A stretch of 64,000 nucleotides of DNA from Hypanus sabinus (GCF_030144855.1 NW_026779008.1:744001-808000); one strand, 5' to 3'; positions 13,461 through 27,079 are shown, counted from the stretch's first letter. A program made the numbers and translations. The notes: generated from the letters alone by a model not told the origin.

Positions 13461-13689
13461 ACAGTTTGAGCTGGAAATGGCATATAATAATTGTGTTAAA
13501 CCTAAGGAAATGACATATAGGGTAGCAAAGGTGAGTGGGATGTTGGATTATTGGGATGCTCTTAAAATCCAACAAAAGGCAACAAAAAAGCCATAAGAAT
13601 GGTAAAGATGAAATATGAGGGCAAACTGGCCAATAATATAAATCAGGATACTAAAAGTTTAGTTTTCAGTTACATGAAGAGTGAAATGG

Positions 13690-15620
13690 AGATTGACCTG
13701 CACCCAGTCCGTAACCCTCCAGACCTCTCCCATCCATGTACCTATCCAATTTATTCTTAAAACTTAAGAGGGAGCCCGCATTTACCACGTCAGATGGCAG
13801 CTCGTTCCACACTCCCACCACTCTCTGAGTGAAGGTTCCTCCTGATGTTCCCCTAAACCTTTCCCCATTCACCCTAAAGCCATGTCCTCTCGTATTTATC
13901 ATTCCTAACCTAAATGGAAAGAACCTACTCGCATTTTCTGTCTATATCCCCCATAATTTTGTAAACTATCAAAACTCCCCTCATTCTTCTAAGCTTCAAG
14001 GAATAAAGTCCTAACCTGTTCAATCTTTCCCTGTAACTCAACTCCTGAAGAACTAGCAACATCCTAGTAAATCTCTGCACTATTTCAATCTCTCCAACCT
14101 CTCCATGGATACCTCATGTCTGAACATTCTGAACTAACCTCACATGTGGGACCTTGTCAAAGGCCTTACTAAAGTTCATGTAGACAACATCCACAGCCTT
14201 TCCTTCACCTACTTTGTTGGTAAACTCCTCGAAAAACTCTTCAAGATTCATTAAACAAGATCTACCATGCACAAAGCCATGGTGACTATCCTTAATCAGC
14301 CCTTGGCTTTCCAAATACTTGTAAATCTGATCTCTCTGAACATCTTACAATAATTTACATACTACTCATGTCAGGCTCACTGGACTGTAATTACCTAGTT
14401 TACTATTGGAGCCTTTTTTAAACAATGGAATAACAAGAGCTACCCTCCAATCCTCCGGCACTGCACCCGTGGCTGAGGACATTATAAATATTTCTGTCAG
14501 GGACCCTGCAATTACTACTCTAGTCTCTCTCAAGGTCCGAGGAAATATACACTATGCCAGTTTCCTGAGTAAATACCGATGCAAAAAAACTGTTTAAGAT
14601 CTCCCCCATCTCGTAAGGCTCCACACATGGACGACCACTCTGATCTTCTCGGGGACCAATTTTGTCCGTTACTATCCTTTTACTCTTATTATACTTGTAG
14701 AAACCCTTCAGGTTTTCCTTCACATTATCTGCCAAAGCCAACTCATGTCTTTTTTCCCTTGCTGATTTCCTTCTTTAGTATTTTCTTACGTTTTCTATAC
14801 TCTTTAAGTAATTAATTTGCTCTTTGTTGCCTCTACCTGCTATACACTACTCTCTTCTTCTTAACCAGATCTCCAATATCCCTTGAAAACCAAGGTTCTC
14901 TATGCCTGTCAACTTTGTCTTTAATCCTGGCAGGAAAATGCAAACTCTGCACCCTCAAAATTTCACATTTGGAGGCCTTCCACTTACTGAACACATCCTT
15001 GTCAGGAAAAAAAAAACTCATCCCAATCCACTCTTCCTAGATCTTTTTTCATTTCCACAAAATTAGCCCTTCTGCTATTTAGAACCTCAACTCGAGGACC
15101 AGACCCATCCTTATCCGTAATTAACTTGAAACTGATGACATTATGGTCATTATGAACCCAAAATGTTCGCCTACACATACTTCTGTCACCTGACTGTCTG
15201 GGTTCCTAATAGGAGGTCAAGTATTGCATCCTCTCTCGTAGGTACCTCTATATATTGATTTAGAAAACTTTACTGAAAACATTTAACAAACTCCATCTAG
15301 CCCTATTACAGTTTGGGAGTCCCAGTCAATATGTGGAAAGTTAAAATCCCCTACTATTACAACTTCCTGTTTCTTTCATCGGTCCACTATCTTTATACAG
15401 ATTTTTTCCTCCAATTCTCTCTGACTATTGGGCGGTCTATAATACACCTCTATTAGTGTGGTCACACCTTTCCCGTTCCTCAGCTCCACCCATATGGCCT
15501 CTGCAGACAAGCCCTCCGGGCTGTCCTGTCTTCGCACAGCTGTGATGTTTTCCCTGACTAGTAATGCTACTCCAGCCCCTTCCATCCCTCCCCCTCTATC
15601 ATGTCTGAAACAACGAATAT
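13690..15620 (-). mobile_element. CR1 LINE ORF2 with internal deletions (APE endonuclease to 3' end)
   Basis: GVALLV...EAIWVEL...YYRPPNS; HHGFVHGRSCL; FSKAFDKVPH; WNELP. Confidence 0.92.
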
Positions 15621-15639
15621 TTCTATCATGTATAAACCT

Positions 15640-16215
15640 TAGGTGAGAGGTTATCTTTTTGTATTAATGTATTAAAAATAAATTATAAATTCTACCAATG
15701 GAACATCTTACTAAAGGATTCATATTCAAAATAGTATCCAGCAAATCAGATTCTTGCATACATGGAAACATAGATAATTATTTTTGTAAAAAAAAGTGTA
15801 ACCTGAAGATATTGCAGAAAGTGTGTATGAGAGAGAGAATATTTGCTAATTAACTCTTCAAAAGTCATCAATCGACCATCGCAAAATAATTGCAAAAATA
15901 CAAATCCCTTTAATCGCTAAAAATGAAACAACATTGGGAGAGAGAACTTAATATGACCTTTGTTAATGATGGTCAATTCTTCTTTAATATGTGCCAATGA
16001 GTGTTTAATTCAATTTAAAATTGTTCACTGTTACTATTTAACAGAGGACAGACTATCCAAAATATTTCCTAACATAGACAATTATTGCGGTAGGTATAAA
16101 ACTGAAGTAGCCGCTTTTTCACATATGTTTTGGTCATGTTCTTCATCAAAATATTTCTGGAAATCTTTGTTTTCTACAATAAGTTCTGAAAATTAATTTA
16201 CAACCTAATGTAAAA
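15640..16215 (+). mobile_element. L1/Tx1-clade LINE 3' fragment
   Basis: LIQFKIVH...C....HMFWSC zinc-binding C-terminal motif. Confidence 0.75.
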
Positions 16216-16219
16216 CCTT

Positions 16220-16520
16220 TGATTTCTGTCCGTACATGCAGTCCTCGCATGACCTTTATCCTCCTCCACCTCACTATCTGCTCTAACACTCTGGTAACTC
16301 TCCCTCTACAAATCTCCCCCCCCCCCCCCGAGCAGCACTGGCAAATCTACACGCAAGAATGTTATTCCCCCTCCAGTTCAGGGGCAAACCGACCCGTCGG
16401 AACAGGCCCCACCTTCCCGGGAACAAAGCCCAATTGTCCAGAAACATGAAGCCCTCCCTCCTGCACCATCTCCTTAGCCACGTATTTTGCTGCACTCTCC
16501 GCATATTATTTATATTTACA
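16220..16520 (-). mobile_element. CR1 ORF1 (SGNH esterase-like) fragment in the TRIM 3' UTR/flank
   Basis: NTWLRRWCRREGFMFLDNW...LNWRGNNILA. Confidence 0.8.
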
Positions 16521-16560
16521 GGGACTTTACTCCTGACGCCGATCCCGTGACCTGACCCGT

Positions 16561-17114
16561 TTACAGACCCGGAGCGGAACCGGAGCAGATTCTCAGCCAC
16601 TGGTTTACATCCCCAGTCCGGAAGAATGGATAAAGTTTCCCCGTGAATTTATTCCCAGTGAAGGTGTGGAGATGGGACTTGGTCTCCGCGTTGGAAAATG
16701 AAACTGTCCCGGATTCGTAACTGAGATAAACTCCCACCATCCCGGGGACGGGACCGCTCGGGAGACGGGTCTCGGGGGAGGGGGGGACACAGAACACGTC
16801 ACAATCCCGATGTAACACGTCATCAACCCGCCCGATGACCCAGAATCCGGTCTCCGGCCTCAGACTGACCGGTCCCTTCCTCTCCACAGACTCTGCGGCG
16901 ACTCCCAGACACCAGTCCCGATTCCCCGTCACCTCCACCTCCCAGTAAGGTCTCCCCGATGTGAATCCCTCTGATCCCAGCACACAAAACCAGTTTGTGA
17001 ATCTCTTCCCGGTGTCAGGGAGATTCCTCCGGGTCCCGGTCAGTCTCACACTCTTCCGATCCTCAGACACCTCGAGATACGGACTCGCCGTTTCCACATC
17101 CAGGGTGACAGAGA
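16561..17114 (-). CDS. TRIM gene coding exon 6: B30.2 (PRY-SPRY) domain and stop
   Basis: Acceptor CTCCCCCCAG|TC in phase 1; VTLDVETA, LEVSED, YWEVEV, VGVYLSY and LYPFF motifs; 554 bp ending in TAA. Confidence 0.93.
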
Positions 17115-17137
17115 CTGGGGGGAGAAGCAGAGAATTA

Positions 17138-17385
17138 GAGAGTCCCCGGGGATCGGGGGAGAGACTCGGGGAGCGCGGCCCCGGGGATTGGGGGGAGAAT
17201 CGGACAGCGCGGCCCTGGGGATGGGGGGGGGGAGACTCGGGTAGCGCGGCCCTGGGGATCGTGGGTGGGGGGAGACTCCGACAGCGCGGCCCCAGGGATC
17301 GGGGGGGGGGGACTCGGATAGCGCGGCCCCGGGGTTCGTGGTGGGGGGACTCGTACAGCGCGGCCCCGGGACCGAGGGATAGGCC
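17138..17385. repeat. G/C-rich minisatellite (~34-40 bp, ~6 copies) next to the B30.2 acceptor
   Basis: AGCGCGGCCC at 17172, 17206, 17243, 17283, 17319 and 17357, separated by G-runs. Confidence 0.9.
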
Positions 17386-18269
17386 GCTCTGCCTCCAGCG
17401 CGGTCGGGTGGCCGACACGAACCTTTGACTCGACAAAAGCCCATTTTTCCTTCCAACCTTTCTTATTCCACTGCCCTGGCAAGATGTATTTTAAAACATT
17501 CTCCCTGTACCCATCTCGACAGTTGATCAACGGCCACACGTAAACAGAGATAATCCTCTTCCCTGTCCACTATACCATTAATTTTAGTGTCTCTCACAAA
17601 CCTACTAACTATGTCACTTACAGTCTCATTCAAATCACTGATATGAATGACAAACAACCCGGCCCCAGTACCGACCTCTGCAGGTCACAGGCCTCCAGTC
17701 CTCTGTGTTTAGGAGACAGTCGGACAGACACTTCAACAGGCAAGACACAGAGGGAGACTGACCTAATGCCGGCCAATGGGATGAATGTGTATGGGAAATA
17801 GGTCAGCACAGAGGTGAAGGGTCGAAGGGCACATTTCTATGCCATTTCTATGTACAGCGATGGCTCAGTGAACTGAATGGCTAAGAACCCCAAACCCCCT
17901 CACCCCCCACGGGTGCTGAGAATTCCAAACACAGTGACCCCTGACCCTGAACTCCTCAGACAGGGGAAACATCCTCCCTGGCTCCAGCCTGTTGACCCCT
18001 GAAAGAATTTCATGTTTCCCTCAGATCTCCTCTCATTCTTCTAAACTGGGAACAGAGAACACAGAACAGTACAGCACAGGAACAGTCCCTTCATTCAATG
18101 TTCACAATCATTTGTCGGAGGCTGTGCTTCCCGTTCTCGACCCACCCACATCCTCCCAACATCAATTCTCATCAGACAGGTGTCAAGAGGGATCTGGCGA
18201 GACCCTTCATCAGCATCTGTGTAGCTTGGATTACCAACATCTGCAGATTTTCTCCTGTTTGATTTTTAA

Positions 18270-20335
18270 CTTTTTCATTGCCGGAATCATTCTTGTGAAC
18301 CTCCTCCAACCTCTCCAATGCCAGCACATCTTTTCCAATATACGCAACCAGAAACTGCTCACAATACTGCAAGTGTTGTCTGACCAATGCCTTATAAAAC
18401 CTCAGAATTACATCCTTCCACTTGTATTCTAATCTCCTCGAAATGAAAGCAAACATTGAGTTTGCCGATCTTACCACTGACACAAATTGCAAGTTAACCT
18501 TCAGGGAATCCTGCACAAGGACACTCGTCCCTTTGCACTTCAGATTTTTGAATGTTCTCCTGTTTACAGAATTGTCTGTGCCGTTATTCTTTCTATCAAC
18601 GTGCATGCATGATTTCCCTAAGCAATAATCCATCTATCACTTATTTGCCCATTTCCTGATCTGTCTCTGCCCTTCCCCAGATTCCGAGCTTCTGCAGCAC
18701 TACTTGCCCTTCACCTATCTTCATATCATCTGCAAGCTTTGCCACAAAGGCAACAATTCTCTCATCCAAATCATTCTTTGTCTCTCTTGGCTTTGTGCTC
18801 CTCGAAGAATTCCAACGGATTTGTCAGGCAAGATTTCCCCCTCAGGGAAGGCATGCTGTCTTTGCTCTATTTTATCATGAGCCTCCATGTACCCAAAAGC
18901 TCATCCTTAATACTGGACTCCAACATATTCCCAACCACACCACATCCACATAACCCACCTATAAGTTTCTTCCCCCAACTGCTCTCCCTGCTGAAAGAGT
19001 GAAGTGACCGTTGCAATTTCCAGTCATCTTGAATGACCAAATATCTAGTGATTCTTGAAAGATCATCACTAATGTCCCCATATTCTCTTCAGCTAACTCT
19101 TTCCAAACACTGGGGTGTAGTCCATCTGATCCAGGACCTTCAGATCTTCAATCGTCCCACTTACTTTCTCCTCAGTAACAGCAACAATACTCATTTCTGT
19201 CCCCTGACACTCTGCCATGGCTTTATCTCACATTTCTCCTCTCCGGTGTCATTTTCTAGGGGTCCAATATCCACTCTCACCTAGCTTTTACTCTTTACAT
19301 TTTGTGTCCTCTTGAGTATTGTTGGCGAGCCTTCCCTCATATCTCATTTTCACTCCTTACTGCTTTGTAATTCCTTGAACAGAATCTTCTTGATACTCCA
19401 ACATCCAGCTGATTTTTGCTCTGTTGTATGCCCTCTCTTCTGCTTTTATGCTGTCTTTGACTTCCCTTGTCAAACACGATTAGCTCATCCTCCCTGTATA
19501 ATACTTCTTCATCTTTGGGTTTTATCTATCCAAATTGCCCCTGGAGTTCCAGTCCTTGTTGTTCTGCAATCGTCCCTGCTCGTGTCCCCTTCCAATCTAC
19601 TTTGGACAGCTCCTCCCTCGTGCCTCCATAACTAACTTTACTCCACTCTGATACTGATATATCTGACGTTATCTCCCTCTCAAACTCTGGGGTGAATTCT
19701 ATCATTTTATCATCACTGGTTCCTAAAGGTTCTTTTACCATAATCTCCCAAATCATATCTGGTTCATTTTACAAATCCCACTCTGGAATTGCCTTTCTCC
19801 CATTGGGCTCAACCACAAGCAGTTCGAAAAAGCCATCATGGAGGCATTGTACAAATTATTTCTCTTGGAATGCAGCATCTTCATGAATTTCCCAATTTTA
19901 CTCCTTGTCCTTTTCTCTATCTCCTGGTGTCATTTGTATCCCATTTCTATTCATGGCTACTGTTTGGAGGCCTGGACATCACTCTCATCAGGGTCTTTTT
20001 ACCCTTGCAGTTTTTGAACTTTCAATGAACTTTCGACATCTTTCAATACTATCTCACCTCTCTCTAAAAACTTCATTTCATTCTTTACCAACAGAGCCTC
20101 CCCGGCCTCTCTGCCTACCTGCCTGTCCTTTCAATACAAGGTTTATCCTTGAGTGTTGAGCTTCAAGCCAGGATCTCCTTTCCACCACAACTCAGTGATG
20201 CCAACAACGTTGTCCCTGCCAATCTCCACCTGTGCTACAACATCATCTACCTTATTCCATATACTGCTGCATTCAAACACAACACCTTCAGTCCTGTATT
20301 CATCACCCTATTCCACACTGTCCACATGAACTGAA
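18270..20335 (-). mobile_element. CR1 LINE ORF2 fragments
   Basis: YKALVRQHLQYC, EPLGTSDDKMIEF and endonuclease-region remnants. Confidence 0.85.
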
Positions 20336-20699
20336 GTAAGGTCTTTGATGTCGTTGATAGACCACACTTGGAGCATTGTCTGCATTTCCGGTTCCCGACT
20401 ATGGGGGGATGTCATTACACTGGACAGGAGGCTTCAGGAGGATGTTACTAGGACTGGGGGCCTGGGTTAAAAGCAGAGCGTGTTTAAGCTTGGGTTATTT
20501 AGCTGGAGTGTAGGTTGTTGAGCGATGACCCCTGAACACATTCATAAAGGACTTAGATAAAGTGAGTCTTTTTCCGAGAAATGGGAGTACAGAACCAGAG
20601 AGCTCAGATTCAAAGTGAGACAGAACATTTTTATGAAGGATCTATGGGATAACATTCCCAGAGAGAGAGAGGGTGGTATACGGATATACATCATAAAAT

Positions 20700-23430
20700 G
20701 ATGACCCCTGTAGAATACCATTAGTCACTGGCGGCCAACCTGAAATGGTTACCATTACTCTCATTTGCTGTTTCCTACCAGTCAGCCAATGCTCTAACTA
20801 AGCCAATAACATTCTGTAATACCATGAGCTCTTAACTTGGTAAGCAGCTTCATGTGTGGCACCTTGTCAGCGGCCTTCTGTGATTCCAAATATACAACAT
20901 CCACTGCATCCCCTTTATCCATCCTACTTGTAATCTCCTCAAAGTATTCCAACAGGTTTGTCAGGCAAGATATTCCCTTAAGAAATCCAGGCTGACTTGT
21001 CCTATCTTATCCAGTGTCAGCAAGTATTCCATAACCTCATACTTAACAATTGACACTAACTTCTTCCCAACCACAGAGGTGAGGCTAACTGGTCTATAAC
21101 TTCCTTTCTGCTGCCTTCCTCCTTACTAAAGAGTAGAATGACATTTGCAATTTTCCAGTCCTCTGGCACCAATGATTTTTGAAAGATCATTTCATATGTT
21201 TCCACAATGTGGACCGCTACTTCTTTCAGAACACTAGGGTGCAGTTCATCTGGTCTGGGTGACTTATGTATCTTTAGGTCTTTCAGCTTTTTGAGCACCT
21301 TCTCCCTTGTAACAGTCACTCTCTTCCCTCGCACTCTTCAACACCAGGCATAGTGCTAGTGTCTTCCATGGTGAAGACAGGTGCAAAGTACTCATTTAGT
21401 TCATCTGCCATCTCTTTGTCCCCCGTTAGTATATATGCAGCCTCATTTCCAAGTGATCCTAGATCCAATCTCATCTCTATTTTTTACAATATGAAACACA
21501 ATTTGATATTGTTTGCTAGCTTGTTTTACAAAGACAGGTGTGTGAAAAGGGCTTGAAGGATCATTGGATACCAGAGTCACCCCAACCGCAAACTGTACCA
21601 GTTGCTACCATCCGGGATACGGTACCGCAGCATAAAAGCCAGGAGCAACAGGCTCCGGGACAGCTTCTTCAACCAGGCCATCAGACTAATTAACTCGTGT
21701 GGACACAACTGTATTTCTATGTTATATTAACTAGCATGTTATACAGATTATTTATCATAAATTACTATAAAATGCACATTGCTCATTAAGACGGAGATGG
21801 AACAAAATGAAGGATGTAAGTAATAATGTTAATTCAATTCAATTCAATTTCATATTTCACTTTTCTGTTCCTCTCTGTAGATATTTCAAAGCTTCCCCAT
21901 CCTCTGTCTTCCTACTAATTTTTGCTTTGTTGAATACCCTCTTTTTTGCTTTTACATCAGCTTGTCTTCCCTTGTCAGCCATGGTTGCACTATATTGCCA
22001 TTTGAGTATTTATTTATTTTTGGAGTACATCTATCCTTCACCTTCCTCATTTTCCCAGAAACTGACACAATTTCTGCTCTGCTCTCATCCCTGTCAGCAT
22101 CTCCTTCCAATTTCCTTTGGCCAACTCCTCTCTCAGACCAATGTAATTTCCTTTACTCCAGTGAAATACTACAACGTCAGACTTTACCTTCTCCTTATCA
22201 AATTTCAAGTTGAACTCAGTCATGTTGTGAGCACTGCCTCCTAATGGCTATTTGACCCTGAGTTTCCTAATCACCTCTGGTTCAACACATAACACCCAAT
22301 CCAGTAGAGCTGATTTCCCAGTCGGCTCAACGACAAACTGCTCTAAAAAGCCATCACATAGCATTCAACAAACTCACTCTTGAGATCCATTACCAATCTG
22401 ATTTTCCCAATTCACCTGCATGTTCAAATCTCCCATGACTAACATAACATTTGTCCTGTTGACATGCCTTTCCTATTTCCAGTTGTAATCTGTGCTCCAC
22501 ATCCCAGCTACTGGTGGGGTGACTGTATATAACTGCCATCAAGGTCCTTTGACATTTGTAGTTTCATAATTCAACACACAAGGATTCAACATCTTCGTAT
22601 CTAATGTCACAACTTTCGACTGATTTACCAGCAGAGCCATGTCACCCCCTCTGCCTACTTTTCTATACCACTGATACATTGTGTAACCTTGGTCATTCAG
22701 CTCCCAACTGCAACCATCCTTCAGTCACGATTCAGCGTTGGCTACAACATCACACCCGGCAATCTATAACCTTATTTTGATACTCCATGCATTCAGATCT
22801 AACACTTTGAGTAATGTATTTGCTACCCTTTTTGATTCTGTGTCCCTAAAGCACTGATAGTCACCCTGCTGGCTACAATTCTGTACTTGCATCTGTCTGC
22901 CCTATCTGACAGTCTAACTGCACGCTATCTTTGTATTTTTAACATCAGTCTTATCCAGAGTCCCTTCATTCTAGTTCCAACCCCAGTGCCAAATTAGTTG
23001 AAACCCTCCCTGACAGCTCTATCGAACCTCTCTGAGAGAATATTGTTCCCCCTCGGGTTCAGGTGCAACCCGTCACTTTTGAACAGGTCCCTGTTCCTGT
23101 TCCTACCCACACCGGCACGTGGCACAGACAACATTCCAGAAATTACAACCCAGGAGGTACTGCTTCTCAGCTTTCTACTGAGCTCTCTAAATTCTATCTT
23201 CACGACCAATTTGCTTTTACATCCTGTGTTATTGGTACCAACATGTACCAAGATATCTGGCTGTTTTCTCTTCCTCTCTGAAATGCTACGGACACGGTCC
23301 GAGTCGTCCCTAACCCTGGCACCTGGGAGGCAACATACCATTCGGGTGTCCCGTTCACGTCCACAGATTATACTGTCTGCTCCCCTGACGATTGAGTCCC
23401 CTGTCACTCCAGCTCTCCACTTCTCCATCT
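20700..23430 (-). mobile_element. CR1 LINE (ORF1 esterase plus ORF2 fragments)
   Basis: GDSIVRG...CCLPGARV...HVGTNN...DGLHLN SGNH esterase at 22994-23428; KSPRPDELHP and WKIANV ORF2 motifs. Confidence 0.9.
21530..21850 (+). mobile_element. Rex1-type LINE 3' fragment nested in CR1
   Basis: LLPSGIRYRSIKARSNRLRDSFFNQAIRL motif; (AATTC)n tail. Confidence 0.75.
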
Positions 23431-23747
23431 AACATCAGTGAGAGGTGCGGGTTCAGGAGGGGATGGGGTGAGGAACTGTGTCAGTCAGAGTCTGCACTCA
23501 CAGCGCACGAAGGACGTGTTTTTTCCTGACAATCCCAGTCACCACACTGATTCCCGCTTTTATTCCCTACAATAACATCAAGTCAGTATTAAATTCCCAG
23601 CTCCTGTGGTAGGATTAGTGTTAGTGCCAGTCGGTGGGGTTGATGTGAAATAAACTTCAGTTCCCCTTCAGTCCATTATCACAGCCAATCCTTGCTTCAA
23701 CCTGGAACTTAATTGAACAAGGAGAAATGAATCTTTGTAAGTTTTAC

Positions 23748-23866
23748 CTCGATTAATGGCATCAAGTGTTTCTCTCAGCAATGTGTTCAACAAATAGAGG
23801 TGATCAAATTTTTCAACCGGTAGGGCCTCATCTGTCACTGACAATTCCTGGACATCGTCATTAATC
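23748..23866 (-). CDS. TRIM gene coding exon 5 (linker, 119 bp)
   Basis: TTTACAG|G...CGAG|GTAAAA; reads INDDVQELSVTDEALPVEKFDHLYLLNTLLRETLDAINR; phase 2 to 1 fits both neighbours. Confidence 0.88.
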
Positions 23867-23940
23867 CTGTAAATATAAAACTGCTGGTTATAAACTGCAA
23901 TTTTTAGCTATACAGGTTTTCAATAAAGAGTATGTCCTAC

Positions 23941-23963
23941 CTCTTGTTACGATGAGCTTCCTC
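23941..23963 (-). CDS. TRIM gene coding exon 4 (23-bp mini-exon)
   Basis: TTTATTTCAG|GAGGAAGCTCATCGTAACAAGAG|GTAGGA; a 23-bp exon is typical of class IV TRIM genes. Confidence 0.85.
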
Positions 23964-24539
23964 CTGAAATAAATCAAAGATAAATCTGATTAGACTTGGA
24001 CTTGCTGTCCACATCCTGAAATTCATCCAAATCATTACAGGTTGTTGAAAATTCCCACTCCTGTAGTCACACTCGCACTCACGGACAATCCAGAACCATG
24101 GGGTAAATTACAGGGAATGTTTCTGAATGTCAGACCATTGCTGAGAGTATGAAACTTACAAGGAAGACAGGACAAGTTGTGCATTTTCATCTGGATATGA
24201 CATCAGGGTGATAAGATAGAGGAATTTAAGATCAGTGATGGATTTAATTGTGTGAGGTGGGGGTGGTGTACCTCTATTTATGGGAAGAATTGTGGGCGAA
24301 GAAATTCCAGATGGATTTTAATAAATCCCATGAGAAATTTAGTGAAGAGGAACTCGGTGCCACAGGAGTGGTTGAAGCGGAACAGCAGAGATTGAATATA
24401 ATGGGAAAACTGGATAAACACATGAGTGACCATCGAGCTCGGGGCTCTGTTACTGGGTGTGGTGAGTAGTTGGGAGGAGAATTCTGGATATTGATAGAAG
24501 ATGATGGACCGAATGGCCTGTTTCTGATGGAGACCAGAC

Positions 24540-25815
24540 AATTTGCACCCCAGGCCACTGTGGGAGGTGAGGGAGGAGATTGCTGAGCGTCTGGCTATGA
24601 TCTTTGCATCATCGATGGGGACAGGAGAGGTTCCAGAGGATTGGAGGGATGCAGATGTCATTCGCTTTTTCAAGAAAGGGAGTAGAGATAGCCCAGGATA
24701 TTATAGACCAGTGAGTGTTACTTCAGTGGTTTGGAAGCTGATGGAGAAGATCCTGAGAGGCAGGAGTTATGAACATTTGGAGAGGCATAATATGATCAGG
24801 TATAGTCAGCATGGCTTTGTCAAAGGCAGTTCGTGCCTTCCGACCCTGATTGAATTTTTTTGAGTATGGGACAAAGCATATTGATGAAGGTAGAGTAGTA
24901 GATGTAGTGTATATGGAATTCAGCAAGGGATCCAAGGGGACATTGATTTGTTCAACCAGAATTTGCTTCCCCACAGAAGACAAAGTGTGGTTGTAGACGG
25001 GTCATATTCTACATGGAGGTCTGTGACCAGTGGTGTGCCTCAGGGATCTGTTGTGGGACCTCTTCTCTTTGTGATTATTGTAAATGAGCTGGATGAGGAA
25101 ATGGAAGGATAGGTTAATAAACTTGCTGATGACACAAATGTTGGGGGTATTGTGGATAGTGTGGAGAGTATACAGCAGGGCATTGATCTGAGAAGACTGA
25201 GAAGTATCTGATGGAGTTTAACACAGATTAGTGTGAAGTGGTTCACTTTGGCAGGTGAAATATGATGGCAGACTATGGTATTAATGGTAAGACTTGGCGT
25301 CACTACAGGAAGGATGTGGAGACCATAGAAGGGGTGCAGAGGAGATTTATAATGATGTTAACTGGATTGAGGAGCATTCCTTATGAGAGTAGGTTGAGTG
25401 AACTCGGCCGTCTCTCCATGGAGCGACAGAGAATGAGAGGTGACTTGATAGAGATGTACAAGATGGTGAGAGGATTGATCAGAGTCAGAGGCTTTTTCCC
25501 AGGGCTGAAATGGCTAACATGACAGGACACAATTTTAATGTGCATGGAAACAGGTACAGAGAATATGTCAGGGGTAATAATTTTACGCAGAAAGTGCTGA
25601 GTGAGTGAGTGGAATGGGCTGCTGGCGACAGTAAAGGATGCAGATATGATAGGGTCTTTTAAGACACTCCTGGATAGGTACATTGTGTTCAGAGAGATAG
25701 AGGACGATGGGGAACCTTGTGTAATTCCAAAAGTAAGGACATGTTCGGCACAGAATTGTGCACTGAAGGGCCTGTATTGTGCTCTAGGTTTTCCATGTTT
25801 ATATTTCTAAGTTTC
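24540..25815 (+). mobile_element. CR1 LINE RT/3' fragment
   Basis: WRDADV...FKKG...YRPVSVTS; SQHGFVKG; RMRGDLIE. Confidence 0.9.
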
Positions 25816-26654
25816 TAATGTGAAACTTATCTGAAAATTTCAAGAAACATTGAAAGTTTCCCTAATCTGACAAAAACTTGATATACAGGATATTTGATGT
25901 GTGGGTCACATTCTTTGTTCTCACAGATTGACAGAGAGACCCCCACACTCACAGCCTGACTGGAACTGGGTGTTAATGGGATTTTTAGAGGATATTGAAT
26001 GTGATAATTAAGGGTACAATTAGTAGCTCTGTGTTATAATCAGAGTAAATCATTTCAAAAAGATTTCATTATATCCTGGGATGAACAGAAGTTGTGGAAG
26101 TCCAGTTTTGGGACAACATCAATACTGAATAGTTGCATCAATTGTCTGGTGAGAAACAGTTGACTGCCATTTGTAAATGCTGTGTGTAGGATCAATGCAC
26201 CTGTTTTCTATCTTTGATAGTCTTGTCTCAATTGTATTCCGTGTCACGTGATTGTAATGGTAACTAGTCACGTGTTGGGGGGTGTGTGGTAATAGTGAAG
26301 GGAATAAGTTACATATTCATGCTTTGTTCTGGGCAGATTTGATCTGAGGACAGATGGATATCATATCTTTTGTTAACCGCTTTGTTGCTGATTAACTTAC
26401 AAATAATTACGCTGAAGGTTCATTGCTTCATGATAGTATGTTGCAGATAAAGGATCGAATACAAATCTTTGACATTTTGGAAGGTCATTATTCGTGTGAT
26501 TGGAGGCTCGTCATACAAGACTCACAATCTGTGTGAGGACACCAGCAGCGGCGATTGATTTGTTAGAATTGGCTGCTCTGCTGTGTTTATTTCAAATATA
26601 CCACTGTTCATTTAGTGCCCTTTGACAGAAATAAATTGAAATATAATCCCTCAC

Positions 26655-26888
26655 CTTGAGAAATATCACACTGTCTTTTTGATCTGTCTGTTCCCTTAGC
26701 TTAGTGATTTCCTCCTGAATAACCCTTATGTTCTTTTGAAGAGCTAGAAGATTTTCCTCCATTGTGTCGAGAATCCTCTTCTCTTCTTCCCTAAGATCCC
26801 TGAGTAAGCTCTGCTCTTTCTCAGTGATAATCTGGCGCAGTTCAGCAAACTGGGATGTGATGTGGGACTGAAGGCTGTGTGACTGTTC
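26655..26888 (-). CDS. TRIM gene coding exon 3 (coiled coil, 234 bp)
   Basis: GACAG|GAA...AAG|GTGAGG; EQSHSLQSHITSQFAELRQIITEKEQSLLRDLREEEKRIL...DSVIFLK, open frame. Confidence 0.92.
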
Positions 26889-27079
26889 CTGTCGAATGAA
26901 AGGTGAAGATTAATTTACTCTGTTGCTGTGTGTATTTCCTGATGACATTAAGGGGACCATTTGATCCAACAATGTCCATGCTCGCTCTGAAACATTCCCA
27001 TCACGTTTTCCTGAAACCTATTCTCCCCATTGACACATTTAGTCCCACCTGATTCACATGCACCCTCCCCCATCTTCAC

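Noticed and set aside
17115-17436. Proline-rich N-terminal extension of the 291-aa B30.2 ORF
   Set aside because: It is the translation of the intronic minisatellite; a good acceptor at 17114 is in phase with exon 5
22994-23428. SGNH esterase as a host gene (also 45919-46401)
   Set aside because: It is CR1 ORF1, contiguous with decayed ORF2
23502-23525. Possible extra 24-bp in-frame TRIM exon (CAG|GAAAAAACACGTCCTTCGTGCGCT|GTGAGT)
   Set aside because: No polypyrimidine tract, and exon 5 joins exon 6 in frame without it
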